Part shown: positions 13,701 to 26,200 of the stretch, piece by piece
Position numbering within the stretch: the stretch's first letter is position 1
Layout: every line of letters starts with the position of its first letter
Assembly (NCBI GenBank): GCA_000934665.2
Contig: KZ538050.1
Span: 1 to 64,000, forward strand
Length of the DNA: 64,000 nt
Direction: 5' to 3'
From: Catajapyx aquilonaris
Lineage: Eukaryota
Notes under the pieces: generated by a model
What the model saw: only the letters and a program-made list of their open reading frames with translations
Told to the model about the DNA's origin: nothing
Database searches by the model: none
Made by a program: the position numbers and the translations under genes

Positions 13701-16700
13701 TGTCAAAACAGTAGCAGGAGAAGTGATGGCGCCGGCGGTAGACCCTAAGGTTGACCACGACTTCGGGTCCGAGGGAAGACGGGGAAGAGAAAAATGTGTG
13801 GAGCTTGTCATCTTTGTGGTAGCCAAGGGGATTGGCATTCATGGGGTTCCTCAAACCGCTCCAGAAAACGATGTGGTCTGCTGGTCACAGTGTCGGATCA
13901 AAGGGAAGAGAGGGAGAGGGAAAGTTTTTTTTTCTGTTGGCAATCCACTCACTTTGCTGGTCAAGGTGAAGCTCCATGTTTGCTTGATCAAATGGAAACT
14001 CCGCCTGCGCCTAAACAACGCTGTAAATGATCCAGACTTGGGTGGTTTTGAGGGAGTTTCCTTAGCGTTTCTCCCCTGGAATTTTCAGCGGCATGACCGA
14101 TTAATTCTGTTGGAAAATGGCTTTCGTCCTTACTTTATTTATAAGCCACCAAAGTTTCCGTCGCTAATTGTATTTGTGTTGAAGTTATGAAAGGATATGG
14201 CGGCAGCTGTCGTTTTCATGCAACACTCAACTTTTCTCCTCGGCGTTTACGACCATTTTAGGCTTTTGTGGAAGGGAACTGACAGTTTATAGCCAAGATA
14301 AAGATAATTTCCAGTTAACTTGTTAACTGTGGGGAGGAACGAAAAAACCCCGCCCAAGTGGAGAGAGAAGGGGCAGGAACGCTTAATGCAGCCATAAGAA
14401 GGCGAATAATAGCGTTTCACATTTTATACATCATTATCCTGAAATGTTTGGACAGGGCTCTCTCTCCGCTCGAAAAGCTGACGAGCGATCCTCTAGAGAA
14501 ATCCTGATTTCCATCTGACTTGGTCCTACTTGGCAGGAAGCAATCTTTCAAAAGAAGCCCCATATCGGTGTGGGTTCAGAGAAGATGCTTGTCAGGTCGC
14601 CCAGATGCCTGTCACATATTCGTCGAAGGGAAAAGGAAAGAAGACCTTCCCTATCCTTCTCAAAAAAAAAAAATGTAAGCGTAGAGCCATGATGGATCCG
14701 GACCACTCGAGTCCAGGACATTTAGCTGCATGGAAAGTCATTTCGGACTCACCTTTCCTCGTCCAGCAACGCTATCAAGGTGACAAGCCCCGGGAGAGCC
14801 TCGGGGGCCAGGAAAAGAGGGGAGGGCAGGTGCTGTAAAATTTATTACCCTCTCCTAAAAGACATCTCCTCCATCAAAAAGACGGCTCTTGGAGTAGCAA
14901 TTGGCACGGAAAGGCCTCCATAAAACGCCTCCATTCCCGAGTAAACATCCCGCGTCGCTTTACTGGAAAATTTCGTTGCGAAATTAGCAACGAGAGAGTT
15001 GGCAGCCGAGAGGCAGGAGACTACTAAAACCTAACATATCAATAAGGTGCATGGTCGTTTGTGACCCTTTTATTCAGAAAGGCATGGCTTGATTTTGTGA
15101 GCTGAAAAAAAAACTGTGTCAACTTGTGTTGACTAATCTTGGGAATATTTGAACGCATGAGTTGACTCATCCTATACTAGAAAGGACACCAACCGCGAGA
15201 GATATGGCACAATAGCACTTCTGCTTCAATTTTAGCCTGGACCAACCCACTTTTTTGCATGTGTAAAACAGCCAGCAAGGGTGTTTATATTCGTAGTCCG
15301 TGAGAGCACAGGCTGGACGTTTGCGGCCGTAACGTTGTAATAAGGTCCGTGTGAAAATCTTGTTTCTCCACTTTTGAATAATTTAGGATCAAGCAGGCTC
15401 GAGCTTGCCAGAATGACCCTGGTCGGCGTTGGTTAACAAAAATAATGGTGTCAGCGCCTTGAGTTCTGGTACCTCTGTCCCGCCCCCTTCACTCTTCAAG
15501 CTGTCGTCTACGGCAGTTGACAACACCCAGGGGACTAATGGGCACAGGTTTATCTCGACTCGGAAATGACCAGTGAAGTGGATCAAACGAGAGCCGTATT
15601 CCTGTAATGGTCTAGACAATATGGCCCCCAGTAGGAAGTGGTGGAGAGAGAGAAAAAAAATAGTTATGATTATGATTGGCCAAAAGTAGAGTTCCACTTG
15701 CATTATGGGCACGCACGTTCAGTGCGACAGGTCATGAAGTCTGGGATTTATTTCCGAGAGAACTTTGGGGCCGAATATTGTCATTTCAATTTGTTCCGGG
15801 GGTATCTTTTGACCTTCTGATTCGGAGAAAACTAGATAAATCTAGGGTAGAGTGGAACGTAATGCGGTCTAGAAGCTTAGGCGACTGGAGCCATAAAGCA
15901 GGCTGCTAGGGGAGGTCAGGAACCTTTAAACAAAGTTTTTCGCCGAGGTCAGGAAGGGGAAGAGATGGGTCAGCCAGAGAAGGAAATCCTGCTCAGCGAA
16001 AGGAGCAAACTTGCACATCCTCCACTTCCTAAAGTTTGCATACAAAGGGCAGTTAGTTCCGATTTATGGTCTGGTAATAGTTTCCCGGAGACGACTACAG
16101 CTATAGCCATCCCCCGGAAAGATTGTCCGGAGCACCAGATATTTGTTGTCCGCCATCTCCTATGCAAACTGCGGCAAAAGAAGAGAAGAGACCGTAGTTA
16201 CCAATGGCCCGTAAGTATGATAAGTTCCGACTCCATAAAGCCCGACCATTTCGAATGAAGTGTTTGTTGTAATGACATCCCAGGCGCTCCCTTCCATTTC
16301 CGACCCGGAAAATGCTTACTCTCCGTCCGGATGACCGTGATAATAAGAGGTGCCCCAATTTTTGATATTTCGGAATAGACGCCAGATAGCATTAGAATAG
16401 CGCCGTTTCTTAGTGGTTGTGACACGCTCCCACTAGATGGCGGGATATCGTGTGGCGGACTAGTGGGCCATGCAGAGAGGATTGACATCAGTCGTGAGAC
16501 AGCCGGGGAGGAGGCTAGATGATTTGAGATGACCTAGCAGGTCAGATCCAACATGCTAAACGCAAATCTTCCCCCAAGCTGTGTCTGCATTACAAGGATT
16601 ATAAATGAGCCCGATTCCTTATACTTCCTTGAAACGTGTCTAAAAAGAGCCGACAAAGTATATTCTCACAGGGAGGTGGCAGATGGGCCGGGAATTAGGT

Positions 16701-19700
16701 GGAATTTGACTTTAATGAAGCAATGATTATATTAGCCAGCTTTTAAGGGGACGGAAGGGGAATAATTCAGGAGGCTGAGTGCATGTTGCAAGCCAGGGCG
16801 GTTCGGAGTTTGTGCTGGAGGCCGGCGGAGAGAATTGGGAATTGGCCTGCAGCTGGCAACTTGGTGGCTGCCCTGGCTTGCGATTACTAGAGTAAGTTGC
16901 TTGTCGGGAGGAAGACCGATGCGGCATGATTGGAATGGCTGGGGTCCGGAATGGGATTTACTAGGGGGACAAACTTGCGTTGGCATTTGACTCGATTCCT
17001 ACCATGCAGGGTCGTTCCGAACCCTTTAACTGGGATCCAGATTATGTCGGCAAAACGGAAAATAAATGAACTCCTACCTGGGCTGATGTAATATTTCATT
17101 GTCGTACTTCAAGCACCGCTCGTTTTCAATCTCAACTTTATGTTCACTTTGTGTGGGCTGTGGACGCACCACATAAAAAAAAAGGTCGAACCTTACTTGG
17201 GAAGCTCTGCACTATGATTTTTGATGGCATTTTTATGGGACCTGCGACCTCGGCATGGGCTTCCCGGAGATATTGTAGGCCTTATGGGTGATTCTATACA
17301 CCATGGGGGAAAAAAATGGCGCCACCTCAACACCTGTGTGCCCCCACTAGGTCATTAATGCTCTCTAAAAGTGCAATGATTGCCTCTATATACGAATGGA
17401 TTAGGCTTCCCGCCGAAGCAATTTCCGCCGACATTCTTCACGTGGGAGGCCCGGAATTGCAAATATTCCAGGGGCTGAAGCCGGACAAATGAGGCGCAAT
17501 TAGGGGAGTTTGTGTGCTTGTAAAGTTGAGGGCGCTGTATCTATACACCTGGGCCTGTCAAGGTGTATGATGACGTCCAGTTACCTGACCAGCATGGGGT
17601 CTCTCCCCCCACAGGTTTGATTTTCTGCTGAGATTATGTCAGCCGAGTTGGGTACAGGCTTCAGCAGTCAGGTTGAAAGGAAATTAACGGGAACCCGCGG
17701 GTGCCGGACTTGCACCAAATGGCCCTTGTCTTTTATCTAGAGGGTAGGGTGGGACCAATGCTGATTGCGGAGATTGTTTGCCGCACATTTGGGACCTAGG
17801 TTCATTACAGAAGGCGTCGGTAATTAGTCCGATGTGAAATAAATAGCGGGCGGTTTGTTTTATTCCGCACTTGTCTGCCCGCCGATTTGTTGGTCGGTTG
17901 TTTGTAAACTGATTAAATATAATCAGACTAATGGAGTGCTGGGTTCAGTTTGTTGGTTTATTTCGGACAAATAACGCAGTGCGCGGAGTTTTACAGCTGT
18001 AATACACGGAAAAAGCGGTTGTCTATAATCGCGGCACGGTAAAAGGTCGTACTATAGCTAGGTTGACGCAGCAAATGCGAGTATGCAGCATAGCCTCAAA
18101 AATGCAACGCATCCGGACAATTTGCCATCATAATAGTTTTTGGAACAAACCAAAAAAAAGGTGGGGGTGGAAGAGGAGTGTGGATGAACAACAATTCATT
18201 CGAGTCTATGACACCCAATAAATTTCAGTACAATGTACGTGGGGATCATACCATCATCGGGAATACCAAATAGTAGAGGTGGGAAGGACCGCATAACCAA
18301 CAGGCTCAGAAGCATCTGGCCGTTCGAACGGGTAATAATATGCAAATGATATAGGGTGTTGTGCAACGAGGCGCCAGTCATCACCCAACAATGCGGGGAC
18401 CCATCAATCGGAGGTCCCCACGTTTTGCGGTAACCCTAAGAGCATTTAGACATTTTGGAAAACCCAACCATTCGGGGGATTGAGGAAGGAGCACATAGCA
18501 TATGCTACCCTATACCTCCCATCCCACATTGATTCCGATCCGATGGACGTGGCTAATCCCACGTGGGGGAAGCTTTTCGGAAGCCTCCAAATTGTAAATG
18601 ACATCCAGCACAATTTATCAACTTTATTGTTGGTCACTGCCTCCCGAGTCTTATGAAATCGATACAACGCACCCAATTATGATTTAATCAATGCGCTCGG
18701 GTACATTAGTTAATGAAGCGCCAACGTAGTCCACGATAACGTGTACCCTCTCCGGACCAAACAAAAAAAAAAATGTATATATAGCGGAGGGGCTGCATCA
18801 CAGTGCGGATGAAAACCAATGTCGAAATGAATGTCGGAATGTCCGGTGGTTGGAAGTCAGGGAGCGGATATAAACACGGCAGCAGCCCGCAGCGTTACAT
18901 GACGCGTCCTGAGTTGAGCAATTACACTGCAGATAAGGACACCGGCGAAAAGGCGGATATGATGCAGGTGTGTGATAATATGAAGGGGGTACTGGGGGTA
19001 CTGTACGCACTATCCTTCCTGGGTACGGGCTCTGGCAATCTCCCGGCGTCGGCTTTTATGTAAAGTTATTGGCGGTGGTGCCCAGTGGCAAATGGGAGGA
19101 GTCTGCTGTGCCCCTGCCTGCCTTGATACAATATGATTATGCATATGAGCCGCCCTCGCCCGCACAGTCCCTTTCAAAATAATGCGGGAGGTGTGGCGAA
19201 TGTATTACATATGCATTTGCTCCCAAACACAGGGGTATGGAATTTTCGTGCACCGCTAATTGGACGGGGGAGATTTTTTCTGGCCCTACACCCACCCTCC
19301 CATCCGGACCTGTTCCCCTGCACTACCGCTGCCTGCCCTATATCATTCTGTGGGAAGGTAATCTGTGTAGTGTTGGCCATACGCGGTGTTATGGGACAAG
19401 GGATGAGTGATCTTTTGACCATGTCATTCATGGGAATGTCCTGGAAATGTACTGTCTCCATATCAGTACGCCTGAAGGGGACCACTAACACCTTATAACT
19501 TCAGGTGTTTTTGTTTCGTGCTAATAGTCGCATATTATGCATTATTATTGGTTAAAGTGCGTAGTAAAGTTTAGGGGGGGGAGGGGGTATATAACAAATA
19601 ACAATGATCGTGTGGGTTGAGGAGTTGCCTTTGGAAAGTAGGGGGTACCCCTGCAGAGTTCAGTGTGCGTGCGTGAGGAGGGTGGGGCTTTCTGGGTTCC

Positions 19701-21484
19701 CTAGGTGTCAGAAGCAGCTCTTGTGACTGATTCCCTTTTCTCATGCATCCGCACGCCAGATATGCTTTTCCAGGCTCGACCGAACCCTATTTTCTTCCCA
19801 CCCACGCCCATCAAACAAATGCTCTGCTCCGGGTTACCAAACTTTACGACACCGGGTCCCGTCAGGAGCAGCACCAGCTCGCTTCCAGTTTAACCAGTGA
19901 TTTTGATGAACTCGGAAAAGCTAATTCATTTGTGATGAGCACGTTGGTTAATGAACGCTTAATATGCGGACTTTTAATTGTTGGGAAATTATGCTAGGAA
20001 AGTATATGATGGTTGTAATCACTTTATTCTGTCCCAACAACGAATTTGTAAAGGGTGTTTATTGAAACTACTGAATTCACGAGAGTGGCGGATTATGTAG
20101 CTGAAAAACGACTCCGGTCTGATTACAAACACCCAACGGTGTAACAAATCCAATTATCGCCCCAACAAAAGAATGTTTAAGCGATTAAGCGCATTGTTAG
20201 GCAAGTAGAATGCCTACGTACAGCATCATGATTACCTAGTGCTGCATGCGTGAAACACGCCTTATTACAATGCATTTTTTTTCTTCTGTCTTCTGTCAGC
20301 TGCTTTGTATAGTATAAATCGGTCTTTTGCCGGAATAACTTTGCATAAAGCGTTAGCCAGGAAAAGTACCCCGAGGGCATCAAATGTATGTATTAAACGA
20401 TGCAGTTGAAATATCGGGAAAATAGGTTCCCGCTCTCTCATTCCGTTTATTAGAGCGAAGGTTTCTGATCGTAACAGGTTATATACCGCCGTAGAGGATA
20501 GCTTCATAATACTGGTTTTGGAGAGAAAACTGCTTGCGGGAATTGCCAAAATTATACTGTACTGTATTTATAATTTGCTCCTTGTACTTTTTTCATTATG
20601 ATTTTAGAGTATTGATATGAGAATTAAAAGAGGATTAAAAAGAGGCTACAGACCCATCCCGGGGTAACTATAGACCTATTATTGTGAAAATTTCACTACA
20701 TTTTGTAAATTGAGCCTGGCGAGTTTTAAAATATGCTTATACAGTATAGGATACTACTTGTATAATACTCTATGATCTACTATTGTTCTGCGCGTTGACA
20801 GACTAGTCAATTTTCTAACACCTCGCAAGCCGATTTATATAGGCCTGTTAATACTATAATTTTATTCACTTAAATGCACATGTAGAAAGAGGCCCAGAGG
20901 AATATCCGCGTACACCACCACTAAATAGGTTCTTTATTTGCTGCTCTAAATGACAAGCGGATAATAATGAGAACAGTGCTTAACACAATCGGTTATTCCT
21001 ATGAATCTCATTATTTCTGGGCGAATGGCGTGAAGAAGCAGATGGATTTAATTTTCACATTATTATACATTAGCAATGTAAATATTTTCAACCAATGGAT
21101 CCATGACGGGATACTTCCAACCATTGAGCATCTGAACAAAAGGCCACATGGGCTCTAAACATGAAGCTGAGGTATTCATTCCAATTTTATTTCAACTAAG
21201 TTACAAGTAGTATAGATCCGCATGTGTAAAAGGCAGCGAGACTTTTGCCGTAGAAATAAAGGTATATAGACTTTTGGATTTTATTAAGGATAAAGTCTAC
21301 AAGTTCTTGTTTCAGCGGCTGTAAAACTTACAATCACTGCTATTGTCTAATAACTTACTCAACAATATTACGTTAGCCTTCAACATATACCTGAATGACA
21401 TTTTGAAAGGGCCTTAGCCTCTTAGGTACAGAACCGACACAGAACGATGGACATTCTCAAGGTCTCCTTCCTCATCCCACTTAC

Positions 21485-21581
21485 CTTGTACGTAATAGGA
21501 GCCTGAGGTCAACACGTCCAGAAGGCGAACTATGAACAATAGCAGAAGCCCTGTGAATACAGTTTCTAGTGACCGGTCCAT
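21485..21581 (-). CDS. Candidate first coding exon encoding a signal peptide (gene assignment unresolved)
   Basis: Minus strand: possible acceptor cttccag| 7 nt before acaATG, then MDRSLETVFTGLLLLFIVRLLDVLTSGSYYVQ plus G, then consensus donor CAAG|gtaagt (97 nt, phase 1). Hydrophobic core VFTGLLLLFIV. No downstream minus-strand exon recognised in the window. Confidence 0.45.
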
Positions 21582-22661
21582 TGTCCACCTGGAAGTCTAT
21601 ATACCTCTGCACTATTCACCGTCTCAGATTGTTCTGATTAAGACAATTATGATCGTTTTGACACCTTTGTGGATTTTCCAGAAAGAATTTTATTGCTTCT
21701 ATAAAAACCCTGGTAACTGTAAGAGTTCTGTAAAGGTGATATTTTGCTTCAGGGGTTTTTAATTCCTCCCCTGCGACTTATTTTCTTTAGTAACCTCTGG
21801 CGTTAGGTTAGCCTATAACCTCGATATAATTAACTTATACATAGAGAGGACTCAAAATAAGTTAATACCAGAATTTCTGCACACTTTCTGCACTATCCAG
21901 CGTGCAGGTGCCTATATGTAAACTACATTCTGCATCTACCCATAAACCAATTAAAACATAGAATACTTGTACGAAGTGGACTTATTGCGGTTATCATAGT
22001 AATTTGATTAGTTCAAATAGTATTTGCATTAATTTCCATTAATTTAACTGCTATACACAAACGCATGCATACTAATGTATACAATACGATAGCTACTCCT
22101 GCGCACCCGCACTATAGGTGGGTTTCAGTAAATCCGCAATTACAATTTTATTCAATGAACGGATATTTGGATTGTTTTAAAACATGTAACCGGGCCTAGT
22201 GTAATAACGATTTGACTTGAAACTATAGGGTTAGATATTTCTCATCTACTAATAATTTCAATTAGCTTATGTAGTATAATGAATATAATGAACGCTTCTG
22301 TCACATGGACTTGAATATTGTACCGAAGCGATCCTCTGCTTGTGCAACCAATTAAATTCGAATTAAACGCTAATTAACGTCTGTTCATTACTATAGCATC
22401 ACTGGCTTCAGCCAGTGCATGTGATCATGATTTTTCCCTGCTCATCTTATAGGCAAGTGAAACTACCATTCAAGCAGGTCCCGCCGCATCCTTAGTAGAC
22501 GTCTACAGGTAGTAAATCCTCCGAGATGTGAAATTCCAAATTTTAAGGCAGTGGAATATCACGGCGTCAATCTCCTTACCCGTGTACTCATTGAAGCTTG
22601 GAAACGGCAAAAGTTGTCGAGATGGTTGGTAGGCTCTGCATGCAAATGAGGTAGTTAGGCT

Positions 22662-22689
<28 letters not shown>
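22662..22689. repeat. (TC)n microsatellite
   Basis: About 14 TC units. Confidence 0.95.
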
Positions 22690-22693
<4 letters not shown>

Positions 22694-23173
22694 TATATAC
22701 TCACTGATACATGTAGGCAAGCATCGAAAGCTCAGGTTGCAATTGATGGCGGCCCCAACTGCTCTTAAAAGCCTGTCTTCCACCCCGAGGCTCCGGCCCA
22801 GATTTCATTATCAGTGGACTAATTATTGGAATCTGGCTAGCGTTCCCGAAGCTCGTACAAGCTGGAGGGATCGATAATTTCTACGCAAGTCGATTTCGAC
22901 TGTTTCAAAGAACGCTATTTGCTGTTTTTATGCGTACTTTACTCGTCGACTCAATTTAGTCTGTGCGCGTGCTGAAAGGAACCTGAAGAGTAGCGTTTCA
23001 ATGAGACGCTTGGGGGTTTCAGAGGAAGTTTCTTAATCATAGAATGTGCTGGAGTAACACTAGCACGATAGAAAGATTCAGGGTTCGATCCTAAGCCATG
23101 GATTTTTCATCGAATGTGGAGGTTCGTCTCGGATGGGATTTCTGGTTGACTAACCACCCAGGGGATACACTCG

Positions 23174-23217
23174 CCCCTGTGCTTCTCCCCTGTGCTTCTC
23201 CCCTGCACTTCTCCCCT
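23174..23217. repeat. 13-bp tandem repeat, about 3.4 copies
   Basis: CCCCTGTGCTTCT CCCCTGTGCTTCT CCCCTGCACTTCT CCCCT. Confidence 0.85.
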
Positions 23218-26200
23218 CCACTCACGCCATACCCGGCCACCCGGGCGTTATGAAAAATGGCCAATACCAAATAAATACGGTGCACTATTCTAACCGATTA
23301 TTTATTTATTTATTTATGCACCAATTAGGTGACATTGATACATTATTGAGACAGATATTTATATGAACACCAGGGTGTTTGGACGTCTGTACAATATTGG
23401 AGCGCAATTTTTCGAAGGCGTCTCTCCAGCAATATGGTTGGTGTAGGAGCAATCGGAGCAGGAGTTTGAACGCGCAATATTTTATGGCGATTTGAACGAG
23501 TGGTATTCAGCAGATTTGGAAATCAAGCACTTATTTGTGCCTGGCGAGATGCTTTCCATTCTTCCTTGCTGACGTGAGCAAGTAGGCGAAAACACTCCAA
23601 TTTTTCATCCGGTTCACATATTTTTCCTCCACCTCGGCGTCTCATTAGCATCAGGAAGAAGCTGGCTGGCAAACTGCAAGCGAAACCTGGCTGCAGTGCA
23701 CTCTTCTTCTTCTTCTTTTTTTCCACCTTGCTCATAGCAAAAGCGTGCTCTTGCGGATCCTGTGGTGCGGAAAGAAAAGAGCACCCTGCTATTTTCCTTC
23801 GTCGCTGGCGCTTGCAAGAGCCTCTTGGCCGATGCTTCGAGTACCATAGGAAAGCCCTGCCTTTTCCTTCCTTTTTGCCAACCTTCCCTCCAGAAGCAGA
23901 CGACTTCAGGCCCTCCTTAGGCCTCTGGCTGTCGATAATTTACGGGCTTGGATGCATTAAGCTAAAATCAAGACCATGTAAGAGGCTTCTGAAAAGACAG
24001 GAGAACCTTATTAAGTCCACCTCAGGGAGAATGGTGGTGGCCCTTGGGAGAAGTTGGTCCTTGATGTTTGATTTTTGCGTCGGAGGTCTATGCGTAATTA
24101 GCTTGAACTGCACATTGTGACGTCAGGTTCGAAACTTTCCAAAGGGGTATATGACAGCAGCCAATTAATGAAGAGCATAGTTTCTGTACATCCTGTATAG
24201 TTATGTGGAAGTTCGAAGTTCACCTGTAGCCTGAAGTGAATTAGTTTGAGCGTAAGTTTTGTGGATCGGAACGTTTGGTATTGCATTCATGGCTTCTCTC
24301 GGAGGAGTATGATAAGAGTTCAGGGCGGCACTTCGGAGCTCACATGATAGGAGTTTTTTTGTAGCTTCTTGGAGCCTTGGGATCGTTGCCCTTCAAGAAG
24401 TTTATCTCACTTGTCAGCGCCGAGGCAGCGGCCATGGCCTGGCCAAGTTTATATTATGTTGGTATTGTTTCTGTTGAAAGATTATGATCGATCAGATTAC
24501 ACTGGCCAAATGTGACCTTTACACAAGTTGTATGGCATCACGTGATTAAGTGGGTTTAAATAAACGTATAATAGTGATTCAAATGCTTGTTCCTCGGTCT
24601 TACCTCTTCCACTACATCAAAGACTGAATACCAACCAACAAACTAACCGATTAGTCCAAGACTGTCCTTATATCTTACGCTACCCTGGTTTGTGGGCATT
24701 CACATCCATTAGCGTCCGGGCTCCTCGATTTACGTCACTGTTGTGTACCCCAGGTTCCATCACAACAGTGCATCCATTGCAGAGGGCTCTCCAAATCCAA
24801 TCCCACCTACCAAGGACGAGTAACATATTTGTCGCCATCTCCAATTTCCAATAATTAGCCAGTTGCACAATGCAGCACTCCCCACTCTCGGTTACTCCAC
24901 CACATCAGGACGAAACACATGCAGTGCAGCACTAATGAGACAAGGCCATGAGAAGAAGGAAACATGATTGTCCCATAGAGTGGTGAGCGCCCGGAGCATG
25001 CCGCATTGGTAATGTCCTCGAATACACAAAAAATGGCGGTAGACCGGGCAACAAAGGTTGTAACGCGAGGAGTCCAGCCTCAAAGAGGAAACAAGTGGAA
25101 AGTTTAGATGGGCAATGACGAGGGGCTTCTCTCCGGGGAGAGAAAGCTGCAGCCTAGTCGAGTAGAAGGGAGTTGGTTTAATCCCGGGGCGTAATGGGAC
25201 GGCGGAGCAGGAGGAGGCAACATAAAGACTGGCTGGAGGCTTTGTAATGAAATAGAGGCGGCCGTAACTCAGGCCTTTGGTTATTAGCACGCGCCATGTA
25301 CACGGCTCCCAGGCGATAATTAAAGACTGTCAACAATGAGGGGCCGTTCTTGTAAACGCTGCTTCGTGTGCACCATATGTATCGGCTAGTCCCATTATTA
25401 TTATTGGTGGTGGTCCAGGGTGTCAGCTGAACCTACTGAACGTGCTGGCCAACAAAGTCAAAGCACACAAACGCCTTGGCACCTGATTCGAATTTGACCA
25501 GTGGACGCAACCGAGAGACACACACACACACACTTTCCATTGCAACCAGGCTGATCCCTCCCAATTGCACCGGTGTCACTTGGGTCCTTTCACATGGAAC
25601 CCAGAGAGGGACAAGTCCGCTGGCGTGCGTCCCGGAAAAAGCATTTGCTAATTCCTGACTCATAGTGTAGGGAAAGGTGGGGGGTGGTGGGACCCAGTGG
25701 ACGGATGGCCCCGGGGAGCCATCAAGGGGGATCGGTGGACCCCAATGTGCGTCCGGGAGACCCAGGAAATGGAAATCCATGATCTTTTCGGCTTTGTAAC
25801 CCCTGCCAAATTGGGCCATCCAGGTCGACGAGGGGAAGCGCTAATGAAAAAGCCTTTGATGAAGCGGGGGGTGGAGGGGGTGGCCAGGGGGTGGTTTTAA
25901 AAGGGTGAGGTGTCACTATTGCCCAACCTGTCTCATTCATCCATCCATTCCGGCGCAACACTGGCACACGTCCGTCCACGTGTCTTCGCCGTTACCATAT
26001 GTTCAGCCGTCGTTACACCGTCATTTATGTGCTTCCATCCAGGGTTGGGAGCAGGGGGGGCTGGCAATAATTGCCCGCTCAAACTCTGTCCTGCTGATTA
26101 AAAGGACACTAGTTTGTACGAATGACCACAGCCAACGCGACCAGATGTGCCGGGGCCATTAAAAGCCAACATTTTTCGTCGTTAAGCAGCCAGAGGGGGG

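Noticed and set aside
13594..14190. 198-aa plus-strand ORF
   Set aside because: No recognisable motif or supporting splice structure; consistent with a chance ORF
22802..22960. Plus-strand hydrophobic frame FIISGLIIGIWLAFPKLVQAGG resembling a signal peptide
   Set aside because: No in-frame ATG after the upstream stop and no suitable donor; it also shows that signal-like peptides can arise by chance here
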